A stretch of DNA of 64,000 nt, from positions 58,776,001 to 58,840,000 of the forward strand of contig OX597820.1 of the NCBI GenBank assembly GCA_951406725.2, written 5' to 3'. A model generated the notes under the pieces. It did no database searches and had not been told where the DNA came from. It saw only the letters and a list, made by a program, of their open reading frames with translations. Position 1 is the first letter of the stretch. Every line of letters starts with the position of its first letter. This DNA is from Octopus vulgaris. Taxonomy: Eukaryota. The translations under genes and the position numbers were made by a program. Positions 42,899 through 56,203 of the stretch are shown here, piece by piece.

Positions 42899-43598
42899 TT
42901 TTACACACACACACACACATATATGTACACGTGTGTTTATGTTACGCACACATATACACATGCACACATACACACACACAAACGCAGACATCTAATGAAA
43001 GATATCAAAAGCGCATATAATTTACCCACTAGTGTAGATAGTGGGGCGGTAGAGGCGGTCTTCCCCGGGCAGCACTTTCAAAGGCGGGGATGGTGTAATT
43101 TTGGGCTTGCTGTAGGCAATATGTGGTTTTTTGTGGTGTCCGGATGCAGCAAACGGAAGGGCCGCCAAATGCGGTGCACACTCTAGCTACGCTTGTGAAT
43201 TTACCCGATAAGCGCAAGGACAATTATGCATATAGGTTTCAGAACATGCAATCGAAAACCTATCTTAGAAAACGTCTAAGACAATATGACATCGCAGTAA
43301 ACCTCAGGAAATGAGCCGCCAAATCTATGTATTCAGATACCCTGCTAGAAATAACAGCTAAATCTCTCTCAAATCATATTTTACTGCCTTAAATAAAGGG
43401 GAAACACAGGACGTACAAAATACACAATGGACACCGCCTGCATGCCTTTGATATCAAATCTGATCAATCAAGATTGACCTTAGGTCTTTGCATACCTATT
43501 ATCAACAACATCAGTAGTGAGTAGAATTGCATGTTTCAAGAAAGAATGCTCAAAAGAATCACAGTAAGAACAACAGCAACAAAGTTATCTATGCTTAC

Positions 43599-44477
43599 CG
43601 TGTCGTAAATGTTCCCTGTATCAGTTCGAAAAACACTTCTGGATTCTTTAGAAACTTCTTTTGAGATTATTGTCTTCCTGCGACTATTGACTGTTTTTAT
43701 TCGTTTAGCATCTTTTGATATCTTAGCATATGACTTATTTCGTCGTTCAAACAAAGAGTGTTTTGAGTTATCTGCACCCACTGCCCCGAGTTCGTTGAAT
43801 GTATTTCGTTTAGCACTTAACTGCTTTGGTTTATTGCGTATTTTATAAAAGCTTTCCCTTTTTCTTTGGTGGACGTCATATAATTTGGCTGTAACTTGCA
43901 AAATCTTTCGCTTCTCTGGTTTTGAAAGATTATTTATCTGATTACTATTAGAAAATACTCGTTTCATTTGATCCAAACGTTCGTTAGATGCACTTGTCTT
44001 TCTTATTCGATGATTCTTTGTGCTAGCTAATGAATATTTAGAAGCAACATCTCTTTGGTTCAAGACATCCATATTTCCCTTCTGGTTATCAAACAGTAGA
44101 TTGAATTTCGATTTCACGTGTTTCTCAAGATCTTTATTGCTTATTCTTTCAACTTCTATTGGTTTTACCAAATTTTCTTGAATTTTCATGGGTTTCTGGA
44201 AGACGTTTCGTTTAAATTCTACCGTGGGACCAGCAATGCCATGAATGCCATCATCGTCTCGATTCCAGAAAGCTTTTACCATTGCAATTTCACGAGCATT
44301 ACTTTGATTTGGTTTGTTTTTCGATACTGTTGTCGTCTTTAATTTAGGATTTGAAGACAAACTGTATTCTGGTTCTAATACTCGTTTGTCAAAGATATGG
44401 GCATGTTGGGTTGATGATGCTTGTCTAGTAAAAGTATTGACAAAGAATTTCTTGAAATTTGTTGGTAAATGGATATG
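43599..44477 (-). CDS. Large basic (K/R/N/S-rich) exon of an unidentified host gene
   Basis: Within the 315-aa non-repetitive ORF; tttgcag acceptor and acg|gtaagc donor give 879 bp = 293 codons, phase 0-0. Confidence 0.65.
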
Positions 44478-44857
44478 CTGCAAATATATAGGAATATTTC
44501 AGATTTTTACTAGGTATGCTAATATTTCTAGCATAGCCGGAGAAAAATCAGGCTCTCAAAAATTATTACTTCCTTACACGTATACAGAGTAAATACAAAA
44601 TTGCTATTTATCGGATGTATTAGTTTTATATATATATATATATATATTCGTGTGCATATATATATAATAAATAGTAGGGAATATAATTCCAAAACTTATA
44701 TTATATATATATAAGATTAATCAGCCGAAATTGCGTGGATGATCTGGTTCTTGACTGAAGATTAGAGGCTTCGAATGACCCGTCCGTTTTTGTATCGTCT
44801 ATTTGAATGTTTTGCGTTCTTGTCCCATTTTGTATTTTTATATATATTTTTTATACA

Positions 44858-44910
<53 letters not shown>

Positions 44911-45199
44911 ACATATATATATATACTGGATTTGAACTATTTATAGATTTTGGATAACAGTGTTCTTATTGATGGGATCACTAGTGTAAATTCATGAGAG
45001 TAAATGGACATTCAGGAATAAGACACCTGTTGATCAAAGGTCAAGCTCATTGAAATATATTATAGGTGTAAATATTGTAAAGTTACTCTCCACAGATGGG
45101 ATAAATAGTTTGGAAAATCATAACAATTCTATTAACATCTCACACAATTAAAAATTCATGTTGTTGCTAATTCTATGAAATATTTTATTGGTTACTTAC

Positions 45200-45318
45200 C
45201 ATGTGGCTGTTTCTCAGTATTATCAAAGATGATGCTATCATTTTCTTCCAAACTATTGAAGGTACTTCAAGACATTCTTGGAACAACAGTCTGCGACTAT
45301 ATTCGCAATATTTGATAC
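45200..45318 (-). CDS. Candidate exon (IKYCEYSRRLLFQECLEV...NSHM)
   Basis: Consensus donor atg|gtaagt; acceptor and frame uncertain. Confidence 0.35.
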
Positions 45319-45343
45319 CTTTAGATATAGAAATAAGTACATA

Positions 45344-45455
<112 letters not shown>

Positions 45456-45949
45456 TGTGTATATATGTGTGTGTTGTAGAACTGCATACCGAGTGACCAT
45501 GGACTGGAGAAATCGTCGCTCATCTATCATTGCGTTGTTATTTCGAGGTGTGACACAGCACTCTTAGGTGTGAACCATTCATCTCTAAATTCTGTTATAT
45601 TTAACCAATACTTCAGTATTAAATATAGTGAGTTGGTAGACATTTTTGGGCGCTAGAAAAATTCCTCATAATATTTAGTCACTAAATACCTGTGTTCAAA
45701 TCAAGCCAGAATCGATAAACCAACAAGAGAAGTTCTGCACGGTCTACTGGCTTGCTAAATTTTTGTTAAATCTTCATCTTATAATGTTAAAAACAAGGAA
45801 TGATACATTAGCTTTTAGTGGTTTGGTTGGAACAAAGATATGCTATGGCTTTCGCAGGCCCTTTGAATCTGGTGAGATTGAGGCAGTTGATGTTTATCAA
45901 TTGCAAATCGACAAAAATATCAGCAGGACATCTAGAGGAAGGGAAGCGA

Positions 45950-46480
45950 ATAAGGTGGATGGGCTCAGTTGAAGCTAGGATGCTTTCATTGGGCACTCTA
46001 CTTCTTAGTCTCTGGATCATATCAGTAGATCCATCTTTCGTCACAGGTCACCAGAAACTCAAGTAACCTTGAACTGATGTCTTTCCTTCTGTTCGTCACT
46101 GAGCACGCTGGAAATCAACTTTGCATAAATTTTGCGCATGTTCAGACCTTCATGAATAATTCTGAGTACATTTGCTACACCAACTCCAAACTGTAGACAC
46201 CCGCCAGTCTTCACAGACTGTCTTTATAGACACATGACAGTTTTCATTGAAAAAATTGCTAATGTTCTCAACTAGCTCCAATGTTCTGCTGTCCCTCTCC
46301 TTCCCACACCTCTCATCGTCTCTCTCCGCCTCTCTACAGACCTTTAATTTCTTGTGACTGAAAAACAAATGTTCAGCTCATACAAGTTAGTCCATAAGCA
46401 GCCTGAAGCATTTCACAAGTTTCTATAGCATTTTTGCTCAGTTTAACACAGAACTTTAATGCATAGCGAAATTCCAAATT
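45950..46480 (-). mobile_element. Highly degenerate mariner remnant
   Basis: The minus strand resembles the transposase HTH region, the WVPR-like linker and the first catalytic Asp region (ctggtgacctgtgacgaaagatggatctac). Confidence 0.55.
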
Positions 46481-46722
46481 GCTTTCACGTCTCAACTACA
46501 TTCTGAAAACTAGTCAGCTCTGACAAGCAGTGTTTAACAGGGTATCTTCAAAGTGCTGTTACAACTTTCTCCATCAATCTGGAAGAAAAGAGTTGGCTAG
46601 TCAGCTTATTAGTTGTGTAGTAATCATATTGTAAAATTGTAATAATCTAGGACAATTATAATTTCGGAGATGTACTTGCATAGCAAGTGACCTGATCTGA
46701 GATCGTGTGCTAGAACGAAAAC

Positions 46723-47025
46723 AATTGCAGCGTGGAAGGTGTTTATAAGCCATTTAAGAAACACACAAAAACCGTTAGATTCACTTCAACATTAAATTTA
46801 ATTTGTTAAAATATTTTCGTCGCTTTGAGACCGCGATCTGTTCACTGACAAAATTCAGTGCTGCATCTCGCGGAATTTTGTCAGTGAACAAAAATTTTGT
46901 CAGTGAACAGGTCGCGGTCTCAAAGCAACGAAAATATTTTGACAAATTAAATTTAATGTTGAAGTGAATCTAACGGTTTTTGTGTGTTTCTTAAATGGCT
47001 TATAAACACCTTCCACGCTGCAATT
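46723..47025. repeat. Near-perfect long palindrome (~133-bp arms, ~36-bp spacer)
   Basis: aattgcagcgtggaagg...ctgacaaaatt versus aattttgtcag...ccttccacgctgcaatt, with about 3 mismatches by eye. Confidence 0.93.
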
Positions 47026-48256
47026 ATAATTTCCACTCTGAAAAAATTTTCAAAGTTTCTGGGATGCACCTTGTACCTTTAACGGAAACAGGGAAGCTGT
47101 AACTCTTGGAGGAGATCTTCCGATGAATATCGTTTCTTTGTTTGTTGATATTGCTGTTGCTTCTGTCTGTGTTGTTGCCGTAGTTGTAGTAGTAGTTGGT
47201 ATTGTTGCTGTTGTTGTTACTGCTGCTTTTGCTTCTAGTGTTGACATCTATATTGTTTTTCGTATCACAATTATCATGACACTTTAATAATAATTAAAAG
47301 AAGAAAAAAAAAGATCTAATACGTTCGATAATTCAACACAAAATCTAGTTCAAGAAAGCAAAATTAGGAAAAGATGTGGCTAATGTAGATTCGCATCTCA
47401 CCTTGAAAAATGCATTTTTCTGAAAAAGTTTATTCAGATTCCTAGGTTTCACATGTTGAAGATTACGAATATGCAAAACCAAATTTTTAAAATTTCAATC
47501 CATTCCACCCATCCTTTCTGTCCCCACACCCCCAATTTTAAATGCATTGTTGTATATTAAAGTAAGGAAATATCATTAAAGCAGGTATGTAATATGAAGA
47601 AATAAGAGGATTTTTGTAATAATATCGAAACAACGATTTCTACAGTTTAACCAAATGAACATAGAAAGTGCACTTTACATGCCTGCTTTAATGAAATTTC
47701 CACACTTCCAATCTACAAAAAAAAAATGCAAAAAAAAATTTTCAAAATGTTAACTACCCCCAACCTACCCGGCCCCAATTTTAAATGTATTGTATATTGG
47801 AAGTGTAGAAATTTCATTAAAGCAGATATGTAAAGTACACTTTCTTATTTCTTTACTGCCCAAAAGGGGTTATACACAGAGGGGACATATAAGGACAGAC
47901 AAACGGATTAAGTAGATTATATCGACCCCAGTGCGAACTAGTACTTATTTAATCGACCCTGAAAGGATGAAAGGCAAAGTCGACTTCGGCGGAATTTGAA
48001 CTCAGAAAGTAAAGACCGACGAAATACCTATTTCTTTACTACCCACAAGGGGTTAAACACAGAGAGGACAAACAAGGACAGACAAACGGATTAAGTCGAT
48101 TATATCGACCCCAGTGCGTAACTGGTACTTATTTAATCGACCCCGAAAGGATGAAAGGCAAAGTCGACCTCGGCGGAATTTGCACTCAGAGCGCATCATC
48201 ATCATCATCATCATCATTATTATTATTATTATTATTATTATCATTATTATTATTAT

Positions 48257-48326
48257 TCAGGTCACTGCCTGGAATCGAACTAGGAATCTTGGGGTTAGTA
48301 GCCCGCGCTCTTTACCACTACGCCAT
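48257..48326 (-). mobile_element. tRNA-like short SINE or tRNA pseudogene with (AAT)n/(GAT)n tail
   Basis: TGGCGTAGTGGTAAAGAGCGCGGGCTACTAACCCCAAGATTCCTAGTTCGATTCCAGGC has A/B boxes but no clean acceptor stem. Confidence 0.6.
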
Positions 48327-49105
48327 AACTACGTGGGGTAACAAACAGGATGAGGACAAATATCCGTCAAATGTAAATAATGTAAATAATATTCCCCACC
48401 TTATTTTGTGATTTAGCGGAGATGTTTGAAAAATAAGGGGGAATTCGCAGCAGTTTTCAGTGAACAAATTAAACACACAACTCGGCAGTGGCTAAAACGC
48501 AAACCGAATAAGTTTATGTATAAATTTTCTTTTTATATGTTTGTTCCCTTTTACACAATATTAAAACAATGGCTAAAAATTTTCTGAAGCAGCCCCATCC
48601 CTCCACTAATTTTATCTACGAGCTGCCACTGACATTGAATAATGTGTTCCTACTTGAAACAATCAAAGGATTTTCATGGGTAGAAATTTTGTACTTTCAG
48701 GTGCTTTTAATTACCACATATACCAGCAGGGGCAGTGGTAGTTTTCTTAATTTCGATTAGGTAGTAGTTTGTTGCAGCAAAAATGAGTTTAATAAATTTC
48801 ACAAAACTAAATAAGTTCGTGTCGTACGAGGCGTCTAAATTCTAATGTTTGGGGATGAGTCATTGCTTGTATTATGGAGGAACAAAAGAAATTTTAAAAT
48901 TCAAATATGAGAAAGAAAGAAAAATATTGCTATTACGTTATAATAAAAAATTTCCCGGAACATGAGATATTTTCTTTAAATACAATTTTGAAAATTACTA
49001 AGTAAAGCTAAAAATAAAATAATTTAAAAAGTAGAAACTGAAAAATATAAAATATATCAATTAAATGAAAAAAAAATAGAGGAAAAGGAAAAAAAACGTT
49101 CATAC

Positions 49106-49441
49106 TTGATTTTTTCTGTCATTACTCGGAAAATGATTTGTTAACTCATTTGATTTGTGGTGTCGTCTGCTTTGCTCAAAATTTTCTTTAACCTCACGTT
49201 GTTTAAAAGTTTCTCCACGTTTGCTCAGTACGATTCGTGATAGAAATGTCTTATGAAATATTCGCTTCTGGTATTTGCTGTGAGAATCGGTTTTCGATAT
49301 AACTCCTGAACGGTCTCCAATAGTTACCCATTTCGAATGGCTATTTGCTACTTGCACCCCGCTCATCCGAACTAGTTTTGTAGAATTTTCTTCGAACATT
49401 AGAAATATGATGCACAGTAGAAGATACGGTTCGATCGACAT
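49106..49441 (-). CDS. Candidate first coding exon with signal-peptide-like N-terminus (MSIEPYLLLCIIFLMFEENST...)
   Basis: ATG start, 112 codons, caa|gtatga donor in phase 0. Basic composition like the 43599-44477 exon. Confidence 0.5.
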
Positions 49442-49966
49442 GCTTTTACCTTACTAAAGTAGTTACTAACAATCATCCCCTTTCTTATCAGACATCGTTG
49501 TCGGCGTCCCCGTCGGCATTGGTTTTGTTATTCCCATCGGCTTTGACACTCGTCTTTTCCGTGATGGCATGAAACAAACACACAGACTGTGTTTTCATTC
49601 TCGACAGCAAGTAGTGTAAGGAATTTAGCTTGTTTGTCTAAGGGTCTGACCATGTAGAGGTGAAAAGGGAAGGTTTATGTATGTATGCATTTATGTATAT
49701 ATATATGTATGAGTATGTGTGTGTATGCGCGCGCGCAGACACACACATACACTCACATATAGACATATACTTACAAATATACGCAAACATGCAAAATCAT
49801 ATATGCATACACACATGTACGTATATATATATAACCACACATCCTCACGTATGTGTGGTTATATATATATTCGTATTTCATGTTGTTTACGTTCTGTGAC
49901 GTCCTTTACCCATATATGCATATATATATATACATATATATGTATGTAGATATATGTATGTATATA

Positions 49967-50008
<42 letters not shown>

Positions 50009-50009
<1 letters not shown>

Positions 50010-51840
50010 TAGCTGAAGGTGACCCGCTCTACGCGCGGGTAAGAGTGTGGTTGTTACTTTCTGTTGCTTCCTTTCAGCACGTAAAAAGCACCATCCGAAC
50101 GTGGCGGATTGCAGCGCCGCCTTGACTGGCTTCTGTGCTGGTGGCACCGTAAAAAGCACCAACCGATCGTGACCGCTGCCAGCCCCCTGGCACCTGTGCC
50201 GGCGGCACGAAAAAGCACCCACTACGCTCACAGAGTGGTTGGCGTTAAGAAGGGCATCCACCTGTCGAAACACTGCCAGATCAGACTGGAGCCTGGTGCA
50301 GCCTCCTGGCTTCCCAGACCCCTGTCAAAGTGTCCAACCTGTGCTAGCACGGAAAACGGACGTTAAACGAGGATGATGATGATGATGATGATTCTCCCTC
50401 TTTGTTTCTCTCTCCTTTCTCTCTCACTTTCCCACTCTCTTACTCTTCCTTTCTCTCGGACCCTCCCTCGCTTTCTCTTACTCTCTATCTTTATCTATCT
50501 CTCTCCCATTTATAAACAACAAAAGATCTTGAGTAAGTTGAGAAATAAAATATTTAGAAAGATCAACCATAAATATCAGGCAGTAACAACGGAAAGGTCT
50601 GCTTCAAGGCAGACAGCAAAACACTAACATTTAAAAGGGACAGACGAACTTGCGAGCTGAATAAAAATAAAAAAATATTGGAAACCAAAGTTTGAAGGGA
50701 TAGAATTTGAGGATAGTAGAGTCACCATGGCTGGCATTTCTTAACGACGGACAGCAACGTATTGACAGTTCAACGGCTGGCGTAAAATTTTGAAATTGAT
50801 GTAAAAGAAAATCCCTAAAAACCAAGTTTTGAATTGATTCTTTCTCGCGACAGTAGACTCACGATGGCAAGCATTCAAAACTTCTTCATCATGGACGGCA
50901 ACACATTGACGATTAAAAGGCTGGCGCAAATTTTTTAGCTTGATGTAACAGAGAATTGCTAAACACCCGCTCCTTTAAATTTTAATCCCCTTCCAGCCCC
51001 ATTTAGACCCCTTTTCACATTTTGCTTAATATAACCCGATTTCATTTGGGTCTACTGGGGCCACATTTTATAAGATGAGGACTCAACCAAGTTTCCAAAG
51101 TTCTGGTCATAGACCATAGAACACTCAACCAAGTTTTCCGAGTTCTAGTCATAGACCATAGAACAGTCAAGCAAGTTTCCCGAGTTCTGGTCATAGACCA
51201 TAGAACACTCAACCAAGTTTCCCGAGTTCTGGTCATTTGCAGAATAAATAGAGACGGCGGAGGTGGCAGACGTCGTTGCAATGTAAACATGATTTGTTTT
51301 AAGAGAAAGATTGTCCAGATTGTGTGTTGGTGGTGGTGGTGGCGATGATAATTATCTTTAAGAATGGAGATAAAGAGAAATTGAATGGGAGTTAGAGGTA
51401 GAAAGAGAAGGTGTAAATTTTGGAGTGAATCCGACAGGATGTAGTGGGCTTTAACCCCGGCAAAAACAATAATATCTGTTGCGATTCTGAAAGAGGTGAA
51501 ATAGGAATATTGAAACTTTTGCGGATGTCATTGATAGACTCGTTGTAGAATAAATAGAGACGGCGAAAAAAGAGAGAGCTCGAGAAAGAAAAGGTGATAT
51601 ATGAAAGAGAGGGCGGGAAAATGAAATATTTTGCAATGTAAAAATGATTTGTTTTAAGAGAAAGATTGTCATGATTGTGTGTTGGTGGTGTTGGTGGTGG
51701 CGATGATAATTATCATTAGGAAAAAGAGTGAGTGAGTGAGGAAGACATACATAAGTTGTGGCGATGATAATTGTAGACCCCTTTTCACATTTTGATGAAG
51801 AGAACCCGATTTCATTCGGGTGTACTAGGGCCACATATAG

Positions 51841-51928
<88 letters not shown>

Positions 51929-52032
51929 ACGCTGTAGAAATTAAATTAGAGATAAAACCACTAATAGGGAAATGAAACAGTAAAATACCAAAAACAAAAA
52001 CATAAAAATAAAAATATAATATTAGATATATG

Positions 52033-52088
<56 letters not shown>

Positions 52089-52495
52089 GACAGGTAGACA
52101 ATAGAATGCGATGGCGATGGCGATGTCGATGTAATATTTGCTTCTGTCTATGAACGCTGATAGATACATGAGTAAAATGTATGGGAAGCTAAGAGATAAG
52201 AGTGAGTGAAAATTTTCTTGGAAGAGAGGAAAAGCGAGAGAGTGATTTGAGGAAGACTTTACATTAAATAACCGTAGTGGCATTGTCAGATGAAGAGGAG
52301 TGAGAGGGTACTGGAGGAAATAGGGTGAGTGAGGAAGATGGCCCCTAGCAACCACACCTTTTAAGATAGGGATTTCTATCGAGCATCGTCACGTCATCCT
52401 ACATGTCCCTGTAAATTTTGGAGCGAATCGGACGGGATGTAGTGGCATTGAAAGCGATCCAAGCGGTAAAAACGCATTTCAGTTTTATATATAGA
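50009..52495 (-). mobile_element. Non-autonomous Helitron family A, copy 3 (complete, more diverged)
   Basis: CTAG at 50009-50012 with the adjacent ACCCGC/GCGGGT hairpin. 5' TCTATATATAAAACTG at 52495, with its terminal ~34 bp duplicated at 52496-52529. (TA)n on both sides. Confidence 0.9.
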
Positions 52496-52517
52496 CAAGC
52501 GGTAAAAACGCATTTCA

Positions 52518-52575
<58 letters not shown>

Positions 52576-52634
52576 GTATGTGTGTATACATATATATGTA
52601 TGTATGTGTGTGTGTGTGGAGAGAAAGAGTGAGA

Positions 52635-52688
<54 letters not shown>

Positions 52689-52920
52689 TAAATTAAAGAT
52701 AAAACCACTATTAGGCAAATCAAACAATGTAAAACTTAAGCCAATACATAAAATTAATTAATTTATATTATTTTAAATATATATCAAAAGTATTAAAAGC
52801 TTAATAAAAGAAAATCATATATATACATATGTATGTATGTACGTATGTATGTATATATGAATGTATATATATATATATATATATATACGTATGTATATGT
52901 ATGTATGCATATGTATATAT

Positions 52921-53032
<112 letters not shown>

Positions 53033-53069
53033 GGGGGTGGGGAGAATTCACAAAAAAAAACAAAAGACA

Positions 53070-53560
53070 ATGACAGAAGTTCTGGACGGTTTCCTTGTTT
53101 AAGTTGGTGAATGCTGCCATGATTTTTTCCTTCAATTCACCTTTGGTGTTACAAGGAGTCTTGTTGGTCTCTTGCCCAACTTCGCCCCACACATAATAAT
53201 CAAGGGGTTTGCAGTCTGGGGAGTTAGGTAGCCAAATGTTATGGGTGATGTTGTCGCAGAAATTGTCTGGCAACCATGACTGGGTTCTCCTGCTTCGTGT
53301 GACATTGTGCAGAGTTCTGTTGCCAGACATAGGGTCTTCCAGCAGCCGCCATCTTGACCCAGGGCAGCACTACCACCTCCAGGCACTTGATGTAGATCTT
53401 CGCGTTGATAAGGGGGTGCAAAGGTGGACCAGAAACATCTGATCAGAGTCTGAAGCCGTGTGAGAAGATGAATTGAGGCATAACATCTCCATCACTAGTG
53501 ATCATTCCAAACATCATGATGCTGACTAGATGTTTGATTTTTATCACTCTCGACAGTAAT
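53070..53560 (-). mobile_element. Tc1/mariner-superfamily (DD37D/maT-like) transposase remnant
   Basis: YVWQQNSAQCHT and WLPNSPDCKPLDYYVWG motifs in different frames. Confidence 0.8.
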
Positions 53561-53569
53561 TTTATTCAG

Positions 53570-53768
53570 CTGAATAGACGTCATTGACTGGTTGAAATTA
53601 CCGAAATACGATAACTTTAAGGTGAAATAGCTTCCTAAATATAAGTTTTTCTCAAAAATGCTAAGAGTAAAACATGTTTTATATGACACATTCTACCAGT
53701 GTCCGAAGTTTGAAAGTGTTTAGTTACAAAAAATTATTTTTTAAATCTGTAGGTCAAAAGGTAAAGAT
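53570..53768. repeat. Dispersed repeat, inverted relative to 34246-34430
   Basis: cattctaccagt...aaagtgtttagttacaaa...aaatctg versus cagatttt...tttgtaactaaacactt...actggtagaatg. Confidence 0.7.
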
Positions 53769-56203
53769 ATATATATATATATACATACGTACAATATGTG
53801 TGTGTATGTGTGCGTGTGTGTGCGTATGTGTGTATGTGTGTGCGTGTTTATATATGTGTGTGTGTCTGCGTTTGTGTTTGTCCCCCACCACCGCTTGTCA
53901 AGTGGTGTTGGTTTACTTACGCCCCGCGTAACTTAGCGGATCGGCAATGAGGAAAAGATAGAATAAATACCAGGTTTGAAAAAATAGGTACTGTGGGTCA
54001 ATTTGTCCGACTAAACCCGTCAAAGTGGTACTCCACCATGGCCGCAGTCCATTGTCTGAGTACAAGCTGAAGAATGAAAGCAAAAATAACTAAACAGCCC
54101 CGTTGCAAAAATTAAGAAGTTAAAGTAAGATCGAAAGTGGGCTGGAGAGAAAGAAGTTAAGTGAATAAATAAATAACATAGAAAGACTTCATATTTTTAT
54201 TTGACGACCTGATGTTTTAACTGTCTTATACTGTCTTTGTTAGGTTTGTCAGGGCTTCAAACTGGCATATTTGTTTACAGTAAAATTGGGTGTTTACTTC
54301 ACGCTAAATCCACAAACTAAATATGTCTTTGTTCACATTCTTAGATCTCGTACAATCTTCTTTGTCCATTGTTGTTGTTGTTATTGTTATTGTTGTTGTT
54401 ATTATTACAGAGCAAGTTAACTTGACACGGAGCAAGCAAACTTTCTCGAGAAGTGCGCCACATGAGACATTACTCATTATCAGGCGGGCCGCACTGCCAA
54501 AAGAAAAAAAAAATCGTGGTAATTTTTCGTCAGGCGTGCTAATTAGAAAGTCACTTTTGCTGAAGAAAACATCGCATCGCTTGGTTCGAGAATCAAAATC
54601 ACGATTTGGCGATCGTGAACGCAACACCCCCTTACCTCTAGGCCACGCACTTTCACTCATGTGTTTAAGATATCTGTTTAAAGGTGTAGCGTACAGCCGG
54701 CCTTACGTTCACTCGAACGTCCACAAAATGGTGACCCAGTGTCAGACTAATTGACCAACCATTCTAATTTCACCTCTTCGCTACAGTTATGTCCATTTTT
54801 TTATTATCGCCGTTTTGTCTTCTACAAAACGTCTTGTAGGGAGGGGGCTATGTAGCGTACCCTTAGTGAAATCCTCTCTCTCTGACATATATAACACAAA
54901 TACTTCAAAAGATGAAAAGTGGTGTTTTACTTTTGTATGGCTACAAAACCTGAACCTGAAGAAGAAAGAAAATCATATGGATTTCGTCATACTCAGTCAT
55001 AGAATAATCGGAAGTAAGATATATGCTAGCAACACACTATGTAATAACATAACTTTGATTCACCTGCTTCATATAATAAATTTGTTCTCCACGAAAAATA
55101 AATGAAACGAAATCAAACTGAAGCGTGGAATTTTGTTTTATATCCTGATTACATTGTAATATTGACTCTTACTAATTTAGTGAGATTTTGCTGCTGCGTT
55201 TGATTAGTAAAACACAGCATCGAGGTACAGTTATTAACTTGTGATTTCAGGTTAAACAATACGGAGAATCTTTCTTCACGGACACACCAAGTTGTGAAGA
55301 GAACCAAACACAGTCATAGACCTGATCACCAAGAGAGGTGATAAACTATCTTGGTGCTAGGCTGGTCTGCTTCCACCTAAAGTGCTTGACATGGAGCCCA
55401 GCCTTTTCGAAATACTTTCTTATTCCTTGTCTTTTCAGAAGTCAATAAAATCATTCCCTGGTTCACTGTTTTCACTCGTTGTAAATATATCAAGCTACCA
55501 GGCGAGAAATATTTCTTGATCTAAAGAAATTTCATGTTAAGACCATTTAGTCGCAGTCCGATAAAACTCGCGTAAAAATAAACAAGTACAATATGAAGGG
55601 TATTTCAGAGGTAACAATTACTCAATAATCCTTTCTACCATAGGCACAAGGCCTGAAATTTGGACGGGGGTGCTATTCGATTTCATCGACCCCAGTGCGT
55701 AACTGGTACTTATTCAATCGATCCCGAAAGGATGAAAGGTAAAGTCGACCTCGGCAGAATTTGAAGTCAGAAAGTAGCAGCAGACGAAATACCTATTTTT
55801 TTTACTACCCATAAGGGGCTAAACGTAGAGGAGACAAACAAAGACAGACAAACGGATTAAGTTGAAATACATCGACCCCAGTGCGTAACTGGTACTTAAT
55901 TTATCGATCCCGAAAGGATGAAAAGCAAAGTCGACTTCGGCGGAATTTGAACTAAGAACGTAACGGCAGACGAAATACGGCTACGTATTTTGCCCGGCGT
56001 GCTAACGATTCTGCCAGCTCGGTGCTTTAACAATTATTAAATAATATAAAAATAATAATAATGAAATTATTGTATACAGTGCTCTGGTGCACCACAACTT
56101 GTCAGAAAGTGCGTATAAAGTATATGCAGTAATGTAGAAATGTCTGGAAAGCGAACAATGTATGAGTCAGATACATGCTTGTGTGTGTATGGAGGGGAGA
56201 AAA

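Noticed and set aside
43536-43598. C-terminal transmembrane or GPI-like tail VAVVLTVILLSILS of the 315-aa ORF
   Set aside because: It lies after a strong donor (acg|gtaagc) and is more likely T-rich intron read-through; not fully excluded.
54304-54754. 118-aa and 143-aa overlapping ORFs as genes
   Set aside because: They overlap a degenerate tRNA-derived SINE and a (TTG)n microsatellite and have no protein-like features.
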